From NCBI RefSeq assembly GCF_009914755.1, contig NC_060948.1: a stretch of 64,000 nt of DNA. One strand, given 5' to 3'. The first letter of the stretch is position 1, and every line of letters begins with the position of its first letter. This DNA comes from the human T2T-CHM13v2.0 reference genome, Homo sapiens. The translations under genes were made by a program, and so were the position numbers. A model generated the notes under the pieces. It was not told the DNA's origin. It ran no database searches and saw nothing but the letters and a program-made list of their open reading frames with translations. This document shows, in pieces, positions 11,028 to 29,235 of this stretch.

Positions 11028-11399
11028 CAACTTCTGTGCTTTGCTGTTGTCTTATTTCTTTGGTCAGTGTAGGATCTTGCTGTCCGCATAGTTTGCTCTA
11101 GAAAGATGGATGCTCTATTCCTAATGGTGTATTTGGCCTTCCTATCTATGGAATATTCTCCTATCCAATCAGTCTTGGTAACATATAAATGATTAACTCT
11201 ACCCTTGGGTATAGTTTTGGTTCTGCTAAGTCCCCTGCTGAAAATTCTGGTTTCTACCATTATGGCTCATGCATGTTCCTGACCCATTAAACTTCAGTGG
11301 AAGAATAGAAATGGAGAGGGAGGTGATGGAGTTGATATCTTAAACTGCAATATGGTGCAAGCCCATCTTGCAGATAATATATTTGGTGTCTTCCTTATC

Positions 11400-11517
11400 T
11401 TTTTAAGAGCGGCCTTGCTATGTTGCCTAGCCTAAAATCAAACTCCTGGGCAAGTGATGCTTGTGGCTCAGCCTCCCAATTACCTGGCATTACAGACATG
11501 TACCACCATGCCTGGCC
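11400..11517 (-). mobile_element. Alu monomer (FLAM-like)
   Basis: CTTGCTATGTTGCCTAG...AACTCCTGGG...CAGCCTCCCAA...ATTACAGACATGTACCACCATGCCTGGCC. Confidence 0.75.
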
Positions 11518-11664
11518 ACGTTTTTACTCTCCAATTACTTAATATATAGTAAAGCTAATGGTTCACAGTGGTTCATTTTTTTGTGTGTATTCCAATAACA
11601 TTTTATTTATTTATTACCTTGAACATATTCAATATTTATTTGACAAGTTTTTATAATTTTAACA

Positions 11665-12375
11665 TTTTTTTTTAATTCATGTGGTATGAGTGTAAGTTTT
11701 TTTCTCTGGGTGTATTGGATGGTGCTGAGGTTTGAGGTGCAGATGATTCTGTCATACACCTATGGAGCATGGTACACAATAGGTAGTTTTCCAACTTTAC
11801 CCTCTCTGTCACCCCTATTTAGTAGTCCTGAGTTTCTGTTATTGCTTTATGTTCATGAGTATCCAATGTTTAGTTCCCACTTATAAGTGAGAACATGTGG
11901 TATTTAACTTTCTGTTTCTGCATTAATTTACTTAGGATAATGGCTTCCAGCTGCATCCATGTTCCTGCAGAGGACATGATTTTGTTTGTTTTTATGGCTG
12001 AATAGTATTCCATGGTATGTATGTATCACATATTCTTTATTCAAACCACCATTGATGGGCACTTAGGTTGATTCCATGTCTGCTATTGTGAATAGTGCTG
12101 TAATTAGCATACGTGTGCATTTGTCTTTTTTGTTAGAATGATTTATTTTCATTTATATATATATATAAAACAATTAATGGGATTGCTAGGTCTGTGGTAG
12201 TTCCTCTTAAGTTCCTTGAGAAATCTCCATACTGTTTTACACAATGGCTAATTCACATTCTCACCAACAGTATATGTAGCCTTCTCTTCTCTGCAGCCTC
12301 AAAGACACCTGTTGTTTTTGATGTTTTATGAACAGCCTTTCTGACTGGTGTGAGTTTTTGATTTGCATTTCTCTG
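11665..12375 (-). mobile_element. L1 (L1PB/late L1PA) 3' fragment
   Basis: CCCACTTATAAGTGAGAACATGTGG, GGATAATGGCTTCCAGCTGCATCCATG and TTGATTTGCATTTCTCTG. Confidence 0.85.
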
Positions 12376-13849
12376 GTACAAAATGGTGGATTTTGAAATG
12401 AGATTTGATTTCTAAATTTTATAGAAACTGCATAGATGACTGCAAAGAACTCTTTAAGATATGACAAAAGACAAATTAGATTGTAATCTCCTTTATACAG
12501 GACAAGAAATAAAGAGGAGAATATTAAAATATGTACACATACAAAAGTAGATGAATTGGCGATTGTTGGTGTTGGATGCATGTTAAGCAGGGTGAAGGAG
12601 GTGTGTGTGCATGCATTCGTGGCCATGTGTTGAGAGTGGGCATCCATGTAGGTAACAGCAGAGAGCTTTGGGGTTCAGAAAAAAAGATAAGTCACATCCC
12701 ACTCAGGTACCCTAAAATGTTGTCTTCTCTAGAAATGAAAGAAGAGGGAAGCCAGAGATGTCTGTAGCTTGCATAGTTTTGGGAATAGCTATTCTAGACT
12801 TTGTCAGTGAACAGCATAGAAGGATTGTTGTTCAAGCCCAGTTATTTGGGCAAGGATCAGATTCTGTTGCTTTTGTTTTCTGGATGCTCCATAATGAATG
12901 TGAGATAGAAGCAGATGTCTCAAGTGCTTCTTGTTCTCAGAAACCTCCTGACAGCAGACATCTCAGTGGGCCCAGACCTTCAGTGTGTCTGTAAGTAAAA
13001 CACAGGGGAGGGTGCTCTTTCTGATTTATCTTACTATTTTAATGCAATTACAAAGCTTCCTATTTTCTAATATATTCCAAGCCTTTGAAAGACAAGGCCA
13101 TAAACACCCAGGATATCTGATTTTATTCATGATAAGACCCAAATACCAAAATACCTATGATCAGGGCTCACCTTAATTAAGTATGTATCTTAAAATTAAA
13201 CCAATCTCAGTTTGAGGAATTCATACTTTTGGAAGAAATTTATTACAGTTTTTGTTCTGAACATTATATTATGATAGGCTTGAATAGTGTGAGCCTTGCT
13301 ATAATTACAACCTGAGTCACAATAACTTCCCTGCAGAGGATGATTTAAAATACCCAATCAATTTATGAACTGGTCAAAAATGCCATTCTGAGGTATTTTT
13401 TTTATGCAGTCTTTGCAGAGAAGACATGCCATATAGTCCTTCTTCATTCCCAAAGCATATATATATATACGTATATACACACACACACATACATATACAT
13501 ATAAATATACAGTGAAGTTAGTTTTTACCTTTGTTATCAATATTTTTTATCCATCAAAAATTTTATAAATGATTTGTGGCATCCCCTTTTTATCTTAGGA
13601 AAATTAAAAATCTCTCTATCAACTTATCTATGAATAACCACATTTCATCCCTTGTGAAATCCATTTTAGTTTGTGAAACTCACATGGGAGATCTTTTATT
13701 TTTTGCCCGCAAGGATGTAGGCTGGTTAAATTTACAGAGATTCTTTAATGATGATAATGTACATTTGACTGATATCAATAAGAAATATTGATATTATTAA
13801 TATCAACATTTTTTGCAATGCTAAAAATTTACAAGTTGTCGAATTATTT

Positions 13850-16800
13850 AATTATTTATTTTTATTATACATTAAGTTCTGGGATACATGTGCAGAATAT
13901 GCAGGTTTGTTACATAGGTATACATGTACCGTGGTAGTTTACTGCACCTTTCAACCCATCATCTAGGTTTTAAGCCTTTAAAACCTTTAAGCATTTGGTA
14001 CTTGTCCCAGTGCTATCTTTACCTTGCACCCCATCCCCCAAGAAGCCCCGGTGTGTGATGTTCCACTTCTCCATGTTCATGTGTTCTCATTGTTCAACTC
14101 CCATTTATGAGTGAGAACATGTGGTTTTTGCTTTTCTGATCCTCTGTTTGCTGAGAATAATCATTTCCAGCTTCATCCATGTCCCTGCAAAGGACATTAA
14201 CTCATTCTTATTTATGGCTGCATAGTATTCCATGGTGTATGTGTGCCACATTTTCTGTATCCAGTCTATCATTGATGGGCATTTGGTTTGGTTCCATGAC
14301 TTTGCTATTGTAAATAGGAATGCAATAAATGTGCATGTACATGTGTCTTTATAATAGAATGATCAATAATCCTTTGGGTATGTACCCAGTAATGGGATTG
14401 CTCAGTTAAATGGTATTTCCAGTTCTAGATCCTTGAGGAATCGCGACACTGTCTTCTACAACGGTTGAATTAATCGACACTACCACCAACAGTGTAAAAC
14501 ATTCTATTTCTCCACATCCTCTCCAACATCTGTTGTTTCCTGACTTTGAATGATTGCCATTCTAACTGGGGTGAGATGGTATCTCATTGTGGTTTTGATT
14601 TGCATTTCTCTAATGACCAGTGATGATAAGCTTTTTTTCGTATGTTTGTTGACTGCACAAATGTCCTCTTTTGAGAAGTATCTGTTCATAAACCTTACAC
14701 TTTTTGATGGGGTTGTTTGTTTTCTTCTTGTAAATTTGTTAAAGTTTCTTGTAGATTCTGGATATTAGCCCTTTGTCAGACGGCTAGATTGCAAAAACTT
14801 TCTCCCATTGCCTGTTAACTCTGATGATAGTTCCTTTTGCTGTGCAGAGGCTCTTTAATTAGATCTCATTTGTCAATTTTTGCTTTGTTTCAATTGTTTT
14901 TGGTGTTTTAGTCATGAAGTCTTTGCCCATGCCTATGTCCTGAATGGTATTGCCTACATTTTCTTCTAGTTTTATGATTTTTTCTCTTATGGTTAGGTCT
15001 TTAATCCATCTTGAGTTAATTTTTGTATAAGGTGTTAAGAAAGGGTTCAGTTTTAGTTTTCTGCATATGGCTAGCCAGTTTTCCCAATACCATTTATTAA
15101 ATAGGACATCCTTTCTTCATTGCTTGTTTTTTTTCAGATTTGTTGAAGTTCAGATGGTTGTAGATGTGGGTGTTATTTCTGAGGCCTCTGTTCTGTTCCA
15201 TTGGTCTATATATTTGTTTTCTTACCAGTACCGTGCTGTTTTGGTTACTGTACCCTTGTAGTGCAGTTTGAAGTCAGGTAGCATGATGCCTCTAGCTTTG
15301 TTCTTTTTGCTTAGGACTTTCTTGGCCATATAAGCTCTTTTTTAGTTCCACCCGAAATTTATGGTGTTTTTCTCCTTTTTTTTTAATACTGTGAAGAAAG
15401 TCACTGTTCGCTTGATGAGAATAGCGTTGAATTTAAAAACTACTTTGGGCAGTTTGGCCATTTTCACAATATTGATTCCTCCTATCCATGAGCATGTAAT
15501 GTTTTTCCATTTGTGGGTGTCCTTTCTTATTTTCTTGAGCAGTGGTTTGTAGTTCTCTTTGAAGAGGTCCTTCACTTCCCTTGTAAGTTGTTTTCCTGGG
15601 TACTTTATTCTCTTTGTAGCAACTGTGAATGGGAGTTCACTCATGATTTGTCTCTCTGATTGTCCATTATTGGTGTATAGGAATGCTTGTGATTTTTGCA
15701 CATTGATTTTGTATCCTGAGATTTTGCTGAAGTTGCTTACCAGCTTAAGGGGATTTGGGGCTGAGACAATGCAATTTTCTAAATATTCAATCATGTTATC
15801 TGGAAACAGAGATAATTTGACTTCCTCTCCTGCTATTTGGATATCCTTTATTTTTTCTCTTGCCTGACTGCCCTGGCCAGAACTTTCAATACTATGTTGA
15901 ATAAGAGTGGTGAGAGAGGGCATCCTTGTTTGTGCTGATTTTCCAAGGGAATGCTTCCAGCTTTTACCAATTCAGTATGATGTTGGCTATGGGTTTGTCA
16001 TAAATAGCACTCATTATTTTGATATATGTTCCATCAATACCTAGTTTATTGAGTGTTTTTAGCATGACGTTGTGTTGAAATTTATTGAAGGCCTTTTCTG
16101 CATCTATTGGGATAATCACATGTTTTTTTGTCATTGTTTCTGTTTATGTGATGGATTATGTTGATTGATTTGCTTATGTTGAACCAGCCTTGTATCCCAA
16201 GGGATGAACCCGACTTGATCATGGTGGATAAACCTTTTGATGTGCTGCTGGATTTGGTTTGCCAGCATTTTATTGAGGATTTTTGCACTGATGTTCATCA
16301 GGAATATTTGCATGAAATTTCATTTTTCTGTTGTATCTTTGTCAGTTCATGGTATTAGGATGATGCTGGCCTCATAAAATGAGTTAGGGAGGAGTCCCTG
16401 TTTTTCTATTGTTTGGAATCATTTCAGAAGAAATGGTACCAGCTCCTGTTTGTATTGTTGGTAGAATTCAGCTGTGAATCTGTCTGGTCCTGGGCTTTTT
16501 CCACTTGGTAGTCTATTAATTACCGCCTTAATTTCAGAACTTGTTATTGGTCTATTCAGGGATTCAGCTTCTTCCTGGTTTATTCTTGGGAGAGTGTATG
16601 TGTCCAGGAATTTATCCATTTCTTTTGGTATTTCCGTAGAGGTGTTTATAGTATTCTGTGTTGGTAGTTTGCATTTCTGTGCGATCAGTAGTGATATCCC
16701 CTTTAATGTTTTTATTGTGTCTATTTGATACTTTTCTCTTTTATTTTTTATTAGTCTGGCTAGCAATACATCTATTTTGTTAATTTTTTCCAAAAATCAG

Positions 16801-18204
16801 CTTTTTGATTCACTGATTTTCTTGAAGGATTTTTTTTATGTCTTTATCTTCTTCAGTTCTGCTCCAGTCTTAGTTCTTTCTTGTCTTCCACTAGGTTTTA
16901 AATTTGTTTACTCTTGCTTGAATAGTTCTTTTAATTGCAATGTTAGGGGGTTGATTTTACATCTTTCTTGCTTTCTCTTGTGGTCATTTAGTGCTCTAAA
17001 TTTCCATTTGAACACTGCTTTAAATGTGTCTTAGAGATTCTGGTACATTGTATCTTTGTTCTTATCAGTTTCAAAGAACTTATTTATTTCTGCTTTAATT
17101 TCCTTATTTACCCGGTAGTCATTCAGGAGCAAGTTGTTCAGTTTCCATGTAGTTGTGTGGGTTTGAGTAAGTATCTTAATCCTGGGTTCGAATTTGATTA
17201 CACTGTTGTCTGAGAGATGGTTCGTTATGGTTTTCATTCTCTTGCATTTGCGAGGAGTGTTTTACTTCCAATTTTGTAGTCCACTTTAGAATAAGTGTGA
17301 TGTGGTGCTGAGAAGAATGTATATTCTGTTGATTGGGGTGAAGAGTTACATAGGTGTCTCTTAGGTCTGCTTGGTCCGGAGCTGAGTTCAAGTCCTGAAT
17401 ATATTTGTTAATTTTTTGTCTCATTGATCTGTCTAATATTGACAGTGTTGTGGTAAAATCTCCCACTATTATTGTGTTGGAGTATACTTAAACACAATAT
17501 TATTGTGTTTGTAGGTCTCTAAGAACTTGTTTTATGAATCTGGGTGCTCCTGTATTGGGTGCATATATATTTATGATAGTTAGCTCTTCTTGTTGCATTG
17601 ATCCATTTACCATTATTTGATGCCCTTCTTTGTCTCTTTTGATCTCTGTTGTCTTAAAGTCTGTTTTATCAGAGGCTAGGATTACTACCCCTGCTTTTCT
17701 TTGCTTTCCGTTTGCTTGGTAAATATTCCTTCATTCTGTTATTCTGAGCCTATGTTTTACTTTGCCTGTCAGATTGGTCTCCTAAATACAATACACCAAA
17801 GGGTCTTGACCCATTATTCAATTTGCCAGTCTGTGTCTTTTAATTGGGGCATTTAGCCCATTTACATGTAATTTTAATCTTGTTATGTGTGAATTTGATC
17901 CTGTCATTATGATGATAGCTGATTATCTTGCATATTAGTTGATGCTGTTTCTTTATAGTGTCATTAGTCTTTACATTTTGGGAGTTTTTGCAGTGGTATT
18001 TTGGTAGTTTTTGCAGTAGCTGATATCTTTTTTTTTTTCTTTTTTTTTTTTTGCCCCATATTTAGTACATCCTTCAGGAGCTCTTAAAGGCAGTCCTGGT
18101 GGTCAGAAAATCCCTCAACATTTGCTTTTCTGTAAAGGATTTTATTTCTCCCTCAATTATGAAACTTAGTTTGTCTGGATGTGAAATTCTGTTTGTTTGT
18201 TTGT

Positions 18205-18239
<35 letters not shown>

Positions 18240-20067
18240 TTTTAAGAATGGTGAATATTGGCCTGCACTCTCTTCTGGCTTGTAGGGTTTCTGCAGTGAT
18301 ATCTGCTGTTAGTTTGATAGGCTCTCTTTTGTAGGTAGCCTGCTCTTTCTCTCGGGATGCTGTTAACATTTTTTCCTTTGTTTCAACCTTGGTGAATCTG
18401 ACTATTATTTGTCTTGGAGTTGCTCTTCTCAAGGAGTATCTTTGTGGTGTTTTCTTTATTTCCTGAATTTCAATGTTGGACTTCTTGCTAGGCTGGACAA
18501 GTTCTCCTGGATAATATCCTGAAGTGTGTTTTCTAACTGGTTCCATTCTCCTACTCACTTTCAAGTACACCAGTCAAACATAGGTTTGATGTTTTCACAT
18601 AGTCCCGTATTTCTTGGAGGCTTTGTTAATTCCTTTTCATTCATTTTTTCTGTAATCTTGTCTTCACATTTTATTTTATTAAGTTGATCATCAATCTCTG
18701 ATATACTTTCTTTCCCTTGATCGATTCAGCTATTGGTACTTGTGTATGCCTCAGGAAGTTCTCGTGCTTTGTTTTTCAGCTATATCATGTCATTTATATT
18801 CTTCTCTAAACTGGTTATTCTAGCTAGAAGTTCTTGTAACCTTTTATGAAGATTCTTAGCTTCCTTACATGGGGTTAGAACATGCTCCCTTAGCTCAGAG
18901 GAGTTTGTTATTTCACACCATCTGAAGCCTACTTCAGTCAGTTTGTCAAACTCATTCTCTGTTCGGTTTTGTTCTCTTGCTGGTGAGGAGTGATGATCCT
19001 TTGGAAGAGAAGAGGGATTCTGGTTTTTGGAATTTTCAGAATTTTTGAACTGTTTTATTTTTCATCTTCATGAATTTATCTAACTTTGATCTTTGATGTT
19101 GGTGACCCTCAGATGGGATTTTTGCATGGGTGTCTTTTTTGTTGATGTTGATGTTATTGCTTTCTGTTCGTTTGTTTTCTTTCTAACAGTCAGGCCGCTC
19201 TGCTGCAGGTCAGCTGGAGTTTATTGAAGGTCCACTCCAGACCCTGTTTTCCTGGCTATCACCAGCAGAAGCTGCAGAACAGCAAAGATTGCTGTCTTCT
19301 CCTTCCTCTGGAAGCTTCTTCCCAGAGGGGTAGCCACCTGATGTCAACCAGAGCTCTCCTATATGAGGTGTCCATTGAACCCAGCTGGGAGGTGTCTCTC
19401 AGTCAGGAAGCACCTGGGTTAGGGACCCACTTGAGCAGGCAGTCTGTCCCTTAGTAGAGCACAAGTTCTGTGCTGGGAGATCTTCTGCTCTCTTTCAAGC
19501 CATAGGTAGGCACATTTAAGTTTGCTGAAGCTGCACCCATAGCCATCCCTTACTCCAGGTGCTGTGTCCCAGGGAGATGGGAATTTTATCTATAAGCCCC
19601 TAACTGGTGCTGCTGCCTTTCTTTCAGAGATGCCCTGCCCAGAGAAGAGGAGTATAGAGAGCCAGTCTGGCTACAGCAGCTTTGCTGAGCTGTGGTGGGT
19701 TCCACCCGGTTTGAACTTCTCGGAGGCTTATTTACACTATGAGGGGAATACTGCCTACTGAAGCCTCAGTGATGCCAGACACCCCTCCCTGCACCACATT
19801 CAAGTGTCCCAGGTCAACTTCAGACTGCTGTGCTAGCAGTGAGAATTTCAAGCCATTGGATCTTAGCTTACTGGGCTCCGAGAGGGTGAGATCAGCTGAG
19901 CAAGACAACTTGGCTCCCTGACCTCAGCCCCCTTTTTAGGGGAGAGAACAGTTCTGTCTCACTGCGGTTCCAGGCAGAACTGGGGCATGGAAGAAACAAA
20001 AACAAAAACAAAAACAAAAAAAACTCCTGCTGCTAGCTCAGTGTCTGCCCAAATGGCTGCCCAGTTT
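13850..20067 (-). mobile_element. Near full-length L1PA (L1PA8-like), element A; ORF2 ~17907-14094, ORF1 ~19065-17970, 5'UTR to 20067; disrupted
   Basis: ORF2 fragments: [13 protein letters not shown] (RT), [27 protein letters not shown] (EN); ORF2 ATG at 17907 (ATGACAGGATCAAATTCACAC). ORF1 fragment RRATPRQIIVRFTKVETKEKML. A-rich tail near 13850. Confidence 0.95.
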
Positions 20068-25176
<5,109 letters not shown>

Positions 25177-25324
25177 TAATTTATATGTTAGTATATTTTC
25201 ACACACACTCACACACATACACACATACATGGCAGCACTAAATTATATTCTCTAAATGTACCTACAGATACTTAATCATTTGCACAGCCACTATCATTTT
25301 ATGCTTGATGGCTTAGACAAGTAA

Positions 25325-25540
25325 CTCTCACTTGTGGGTGGTTTTGGCCACCAGGGGTCATTCAGCACTGTCTGGAGACATTTTCCACAGTTAAAACTGG
25401 GTAGGAGGTGCCACCATCATCTAGTGAGTTGAAACTGGGAATGCTGCAAAATACCATACAGTTTAGAGGCGGCATCTCTACAACAAAGAATCATATGGTT
25501 CACAAATCATTATCATTGTGCTGAGATGCGGCAATGCTGA
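25325..25540. mobile_element. MER20-like hAT DNA transposon fragment
   Basis: CCAGGGG...TGTCTGGAGACATTTT...CATCTAGTG...GGGAATGCTGCAAAA...ACAACAAAGAAT...GTGCTGAG resembles MER20. Confidence 0.6.
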
Positions 25541-26379
25541 GCTTCAGACTATAGCAATTTTTTGCAAATTTGCTAAATTTCAAAAAATGAAGGAATAAAA
25601 AAAGATAGCTCTCAACCTGTGGGTATTGTGAATGCCTAACTTAGACTTAGGAAGCGTACAGGTGCCCTTGGGCTTGTCTTCTTTGTCTGCTGCTAGTTTA
25701 TAATTGTTCACTGCCCATCAGGACCTTGTGGGTTATAGATTTAGATAGAGGAAGGATTTGATCATACAGGTGGGTCAGTCATAACCAATATGTGAGTCAC
25801 AGTCTCACTCACATTGAGTTTGAGAATTTAAGGCATGGGCTGGAATTCCTCATGGAACTGACATTATAAACCTGGGAAGAAATCTACCCACTGAATTCCA
25901 CTTGAGCTGTCTGTTTCAGCAACTGTTCAATACTTTGAGGTTACATACTATCTCATTTAATCCCAACCTGGGATAGTGTGTAATACCAAATTCTTTACAG
26001 CTACATGGGATTAAATTAGGTAGTATGTGAAATTCCAAATAGTAAATTGGTAAAGTGATGCCTAATGAATTTGAATGAGCTGCTGCCAGCCTACTTAGTA
26101 CTAACAGTGAGCTAATAGCACCTTGTGTCCCTGTACCCAGAAGTCTTTCTTGCAGGACTGTAGCGAACATGTCAGCATGTTGTCTACGTTGACTGGACAT
26201 CTTCTGTTCTCTTCAGCCTTTGCCTGTGTATGCTCCTGTCCTGCTCTGCACAATTTAATGAAGCAGGTGGGACACACTAGTTTACCCTTTTAGTAGTCTG
26301 CATAGATTGACTTGCTTCCCTCAGTTCACAGAGATAGCTTCCCAGGATACAGATTTATCTGAATTACAAGTTGATGGCT

Positions 26380-26833
26380 TCATTGTTCACAATAGCAAAG
26401 ACATGGAATCAACCTAAATGCCCATCAGCGGCAGACTGGATAAAGAAAATGTGGTTCATATGTACCATGGAATAGTATGTAGTCATAATAAAAGAATGAG
26501 ATTATGTCCTTTGAAGGAATATGGATGGAACTCGAGGCTATTATCCTTAGCAAATTAATGCAGAAACAGTAAACCACATACTTCATATTCTCTCTTATAA
26601 GTTGGAGCTAGAAATGAGAACTTACGAACACAAAGAAGGAAACAATAGAAAAAGGAGCATATTGGAGGGTGGGCAGTGGTAGGAGGTAGAAGATTAGGAA
26701 AAATATTTATTGGGAATGAGGCCTTGTATCTGGGTGATGAAATAATCAGTACAACTAATGCCTGTGACATAAGTTTACCTGTATGGCAAACTTGCACACC
26801 TACCCCTGAAGCCAAAATAAAAGTTATAAAAAA
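26380..26833 (+). mobile_element. L1PA (older) 3' fragment
   Basis: TTCACAATAGCAAAGACATGGAATCAACCTAAATGCCCATCA...GGGTGATGAAATAATC...AAAATAAAAGTT. Confidence 0.88.
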
Positions 26834-28183
26834 GGTGATGGTCTCACCTATTCTCTTGGGGAAGGCTCCAAAAGTAACAGCTACCTCTAGTTAAAAATCT
26901 TCTGGTTAAAAAAAGAAGCAACCAAACACGACATCACTCTTTGTTTTTCTTGTCTGTCTCTTAATTATTCAGAAATGGGATTGCTGCATGGCAGACATCC
27001 GAATGTTGTCTACAGTACAATTCAGAGTTAGTAGCAAACACCTAAATCAGCCATTTGATGAGATGCTATTTGTCACTTTCAAAGTTACAATCCAGATTTT
27101 CAGTGCATTTTCATCCAACTCTGTTGAACTTTTCCCAGGATGTCATGTACTATGGAATTTCCCCCCAGTAGGTATTATTGTTCTGTGATAGATCCAGTTC
27201 CAATATGTTTTATTAAAAAGAAAAAGCCATGTGATGTATTTTGTTCAATTGATTACTTAAATGAAATGGATAACTATTTTCTGATGCAAATGCTCTGAGT
27301 AACCCACAAATTCCTCAGAAACACATTTGCATACTTTGAGATGAAGAACACTCTAAATGCACCCTCCTTGTGACACCTAGTGAAACGTTTTCTGTCCCTA
27401 GAGGATCATTTGACATACTGTCCATTGCTGCACAACATTCTTTTATTGTCACAGGAGCAGCGATTTCCCTAGGGATAGTCATATTATCCTTGTAGGGACC
27501 AATTGAGGTGGTGACCCTTTAAAAGTTGACTCCAGTCTTAATGGGAAAGTAACTCAAATGTAGCCTTAGATTTTTAAATGGGATACAGGGTGAAGAGGAT
27601 ACCCTCTCAGGCATGCAGCAGCTTACTGCAAAGTCAGGATAATTGCATCAACACTTTTAGTTATGAAAGAAGTCTTCAAGAGACCAGCACTGAAGCATGT
27701 ACTTGAAATGCACCATCTTGTACAGTTTTTTTTTTTTTTACAAGAAACTGAGATTCAGAACAGTGAAGTATGTAGCCTAAATATATATGTGCACTTGAGT
27801 AGAACAAGGAAAATTCGTGTCCAAAGTCTACACTCTTTTCATTTGATGATTTTCCCCTTGTGGCCTGATAAATATCCACATCACAATGACAGGATGGCCT
27901 GGATGCATGCTTCTATTTTGCTCCTACTGGAAAACTTTTAGATCTGCATGCATATCCCCTTAGGAAAGAGTGAAAATTGCCTTAAACATTTGAGAAAAAG
28001 TTCTTTTGATAACCCGTCTGGTAAACAATAGTGAAATTGGTAGGTGTCATTATTATCACTTGCATAACCTGTACAATTCTTGAACGTCGGTTTGTTCATT
28101 CAACATAGATGTGATGAGTGTTTTCTAAATGTCAGGCATTGTTTCTGGTGATAGGATATACAGCCAGGATTAAGAAAAGTGAT

Positions 28184-28478
28184 GGACACTAGGCATGGTG
28201 ACTGACGCGTGTTATCCCAACACTTTGAAAGTTTGATTGAGGAGGATCTCTTTAGGCCAGCCTGGATAACATAGAGACACCTATGTCTACAAAAATTCCA
28301 ATGAATTGCCCGGACATACTGGTGCATGCTTGTAGTCCCAGCTACTCGGGAGGCTGAGGTGGGAGGTTGGCTTTAGCCCAGGAGTTGGAGGCTGCAGTGA
28401 GCTGTGATAGCACCACTGCCCTGCAGCTTTGGCAATATGGCAAGACACCATCTGTAAAAAAAAATAATAATAATAAAG
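28184..28478 (+). mobile_element. Alu (AluJ-type)
   Basis: TGTAGTCCCAGCTACTCGGGAGGCTGAGGTGGGAGG...CCCAGGAGTTGGAGGCTGCAGTGAGCTGTGAT, with an A/(AAT)n tail. Confidence 0.9.
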
Positions 28479-28652
28479 ACAAGTTATGTTTTTGCTATTG
28501 TCGACTATGTGGAGATGGCACTATACACATTCATATACAAATGAATAGGAATTTCATAGAGAGATGTTGTGGATTTCATGGAAGAGCCAGCCAGTGTTCT
28601 AGGTGATCATTGTGTGGCTTCATTATTCTTGTCTGCTTTCTCCCTCCTTTAG

Positions 28653-28763
28653 GTTGCATTGGAGTTTTCGAAAGACTTATCTTTCTGCAGGCTCGCCTCT
28701 GAGCTTTGTCTCCTTGGAGCCACCTCACTTAGACAGCTTCGGATGTGGATGCAGATTTGAACC
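28653..28763 (+). other. NLGN4Y: 5'UTR part of the NLGN4Y first coding exon (acceptor at 28653; second candidate acceptor at 28691)
   Basis: Polypyrimidine tract CTGCTTTCTCCCTCCTTTAG|G ending 28652; a second TATCTTTCTGCAG|G ending 28690. Confidence 0.7.
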
Positions 28764-29235
28764 ATGTTGCGTCCCCAGGGACTGCTATGGCTCCCTTTGT
28801 TGTTCACCTCTGTCTGTGTCATGTTAAACTCCAATGTTCTTCTGTGGATAACTGCTCTTGCCATCAAGTTCACCCTCATTGACAGCCAAGCACAGTATCC
28901 AGTTGTCAACACAAATTATGGTAAAATCCAGGGCCTAAGAACACCATTACCCAGTGAGATCTTGGGTCCAGTGGAGCAGTACTTAGGGGTCCCCTATGCC
29001 TCACCCCCAACTGGAGAGAGGCGGTTTCAGCCACCAGAATCCCCATCCTCCTGGACTGGCATCCGAAATGCTACTCAGTTTTCTGCTGTGTGCCCCCAGC
29101 ACCTGGATGAAAGATTCTTATTGCATGACATGCTGCCCATCTGGTTTACCACCAGTTTGGATACTTTGATGACCTATGTTCAAGATCAAAATGAAGACTG
29201 CCTTTACTTAAACATCTATGTGCCCATGGAAGATG
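28764..29235 (+). CDS. NLGN4Y: Neuroligin-4 Y-linked, first coding exon (aa 1-157, phase-1 donor): signal peptide plus start of the cholinesterase-like domain
   Basis: [11 protein letters not shown]...[21 protein letters not shown]...[11 protein letters not shown] (type-B carboxylesterase signature). ACCATG start; donor ATG|GTGAGT at 29236. Residues L2, S16, Q56, S64, S93 and M155 match recalled NLGN4Y rather than NLGN4X. Confidence 0.96.

Noticed and set aside
11160-11192. CCAAT followed by TATAAA as a promoter
   Set aside because: Spacing is too short, there is no supporting context, and such matches are expected by chance in AT-rich DNA.
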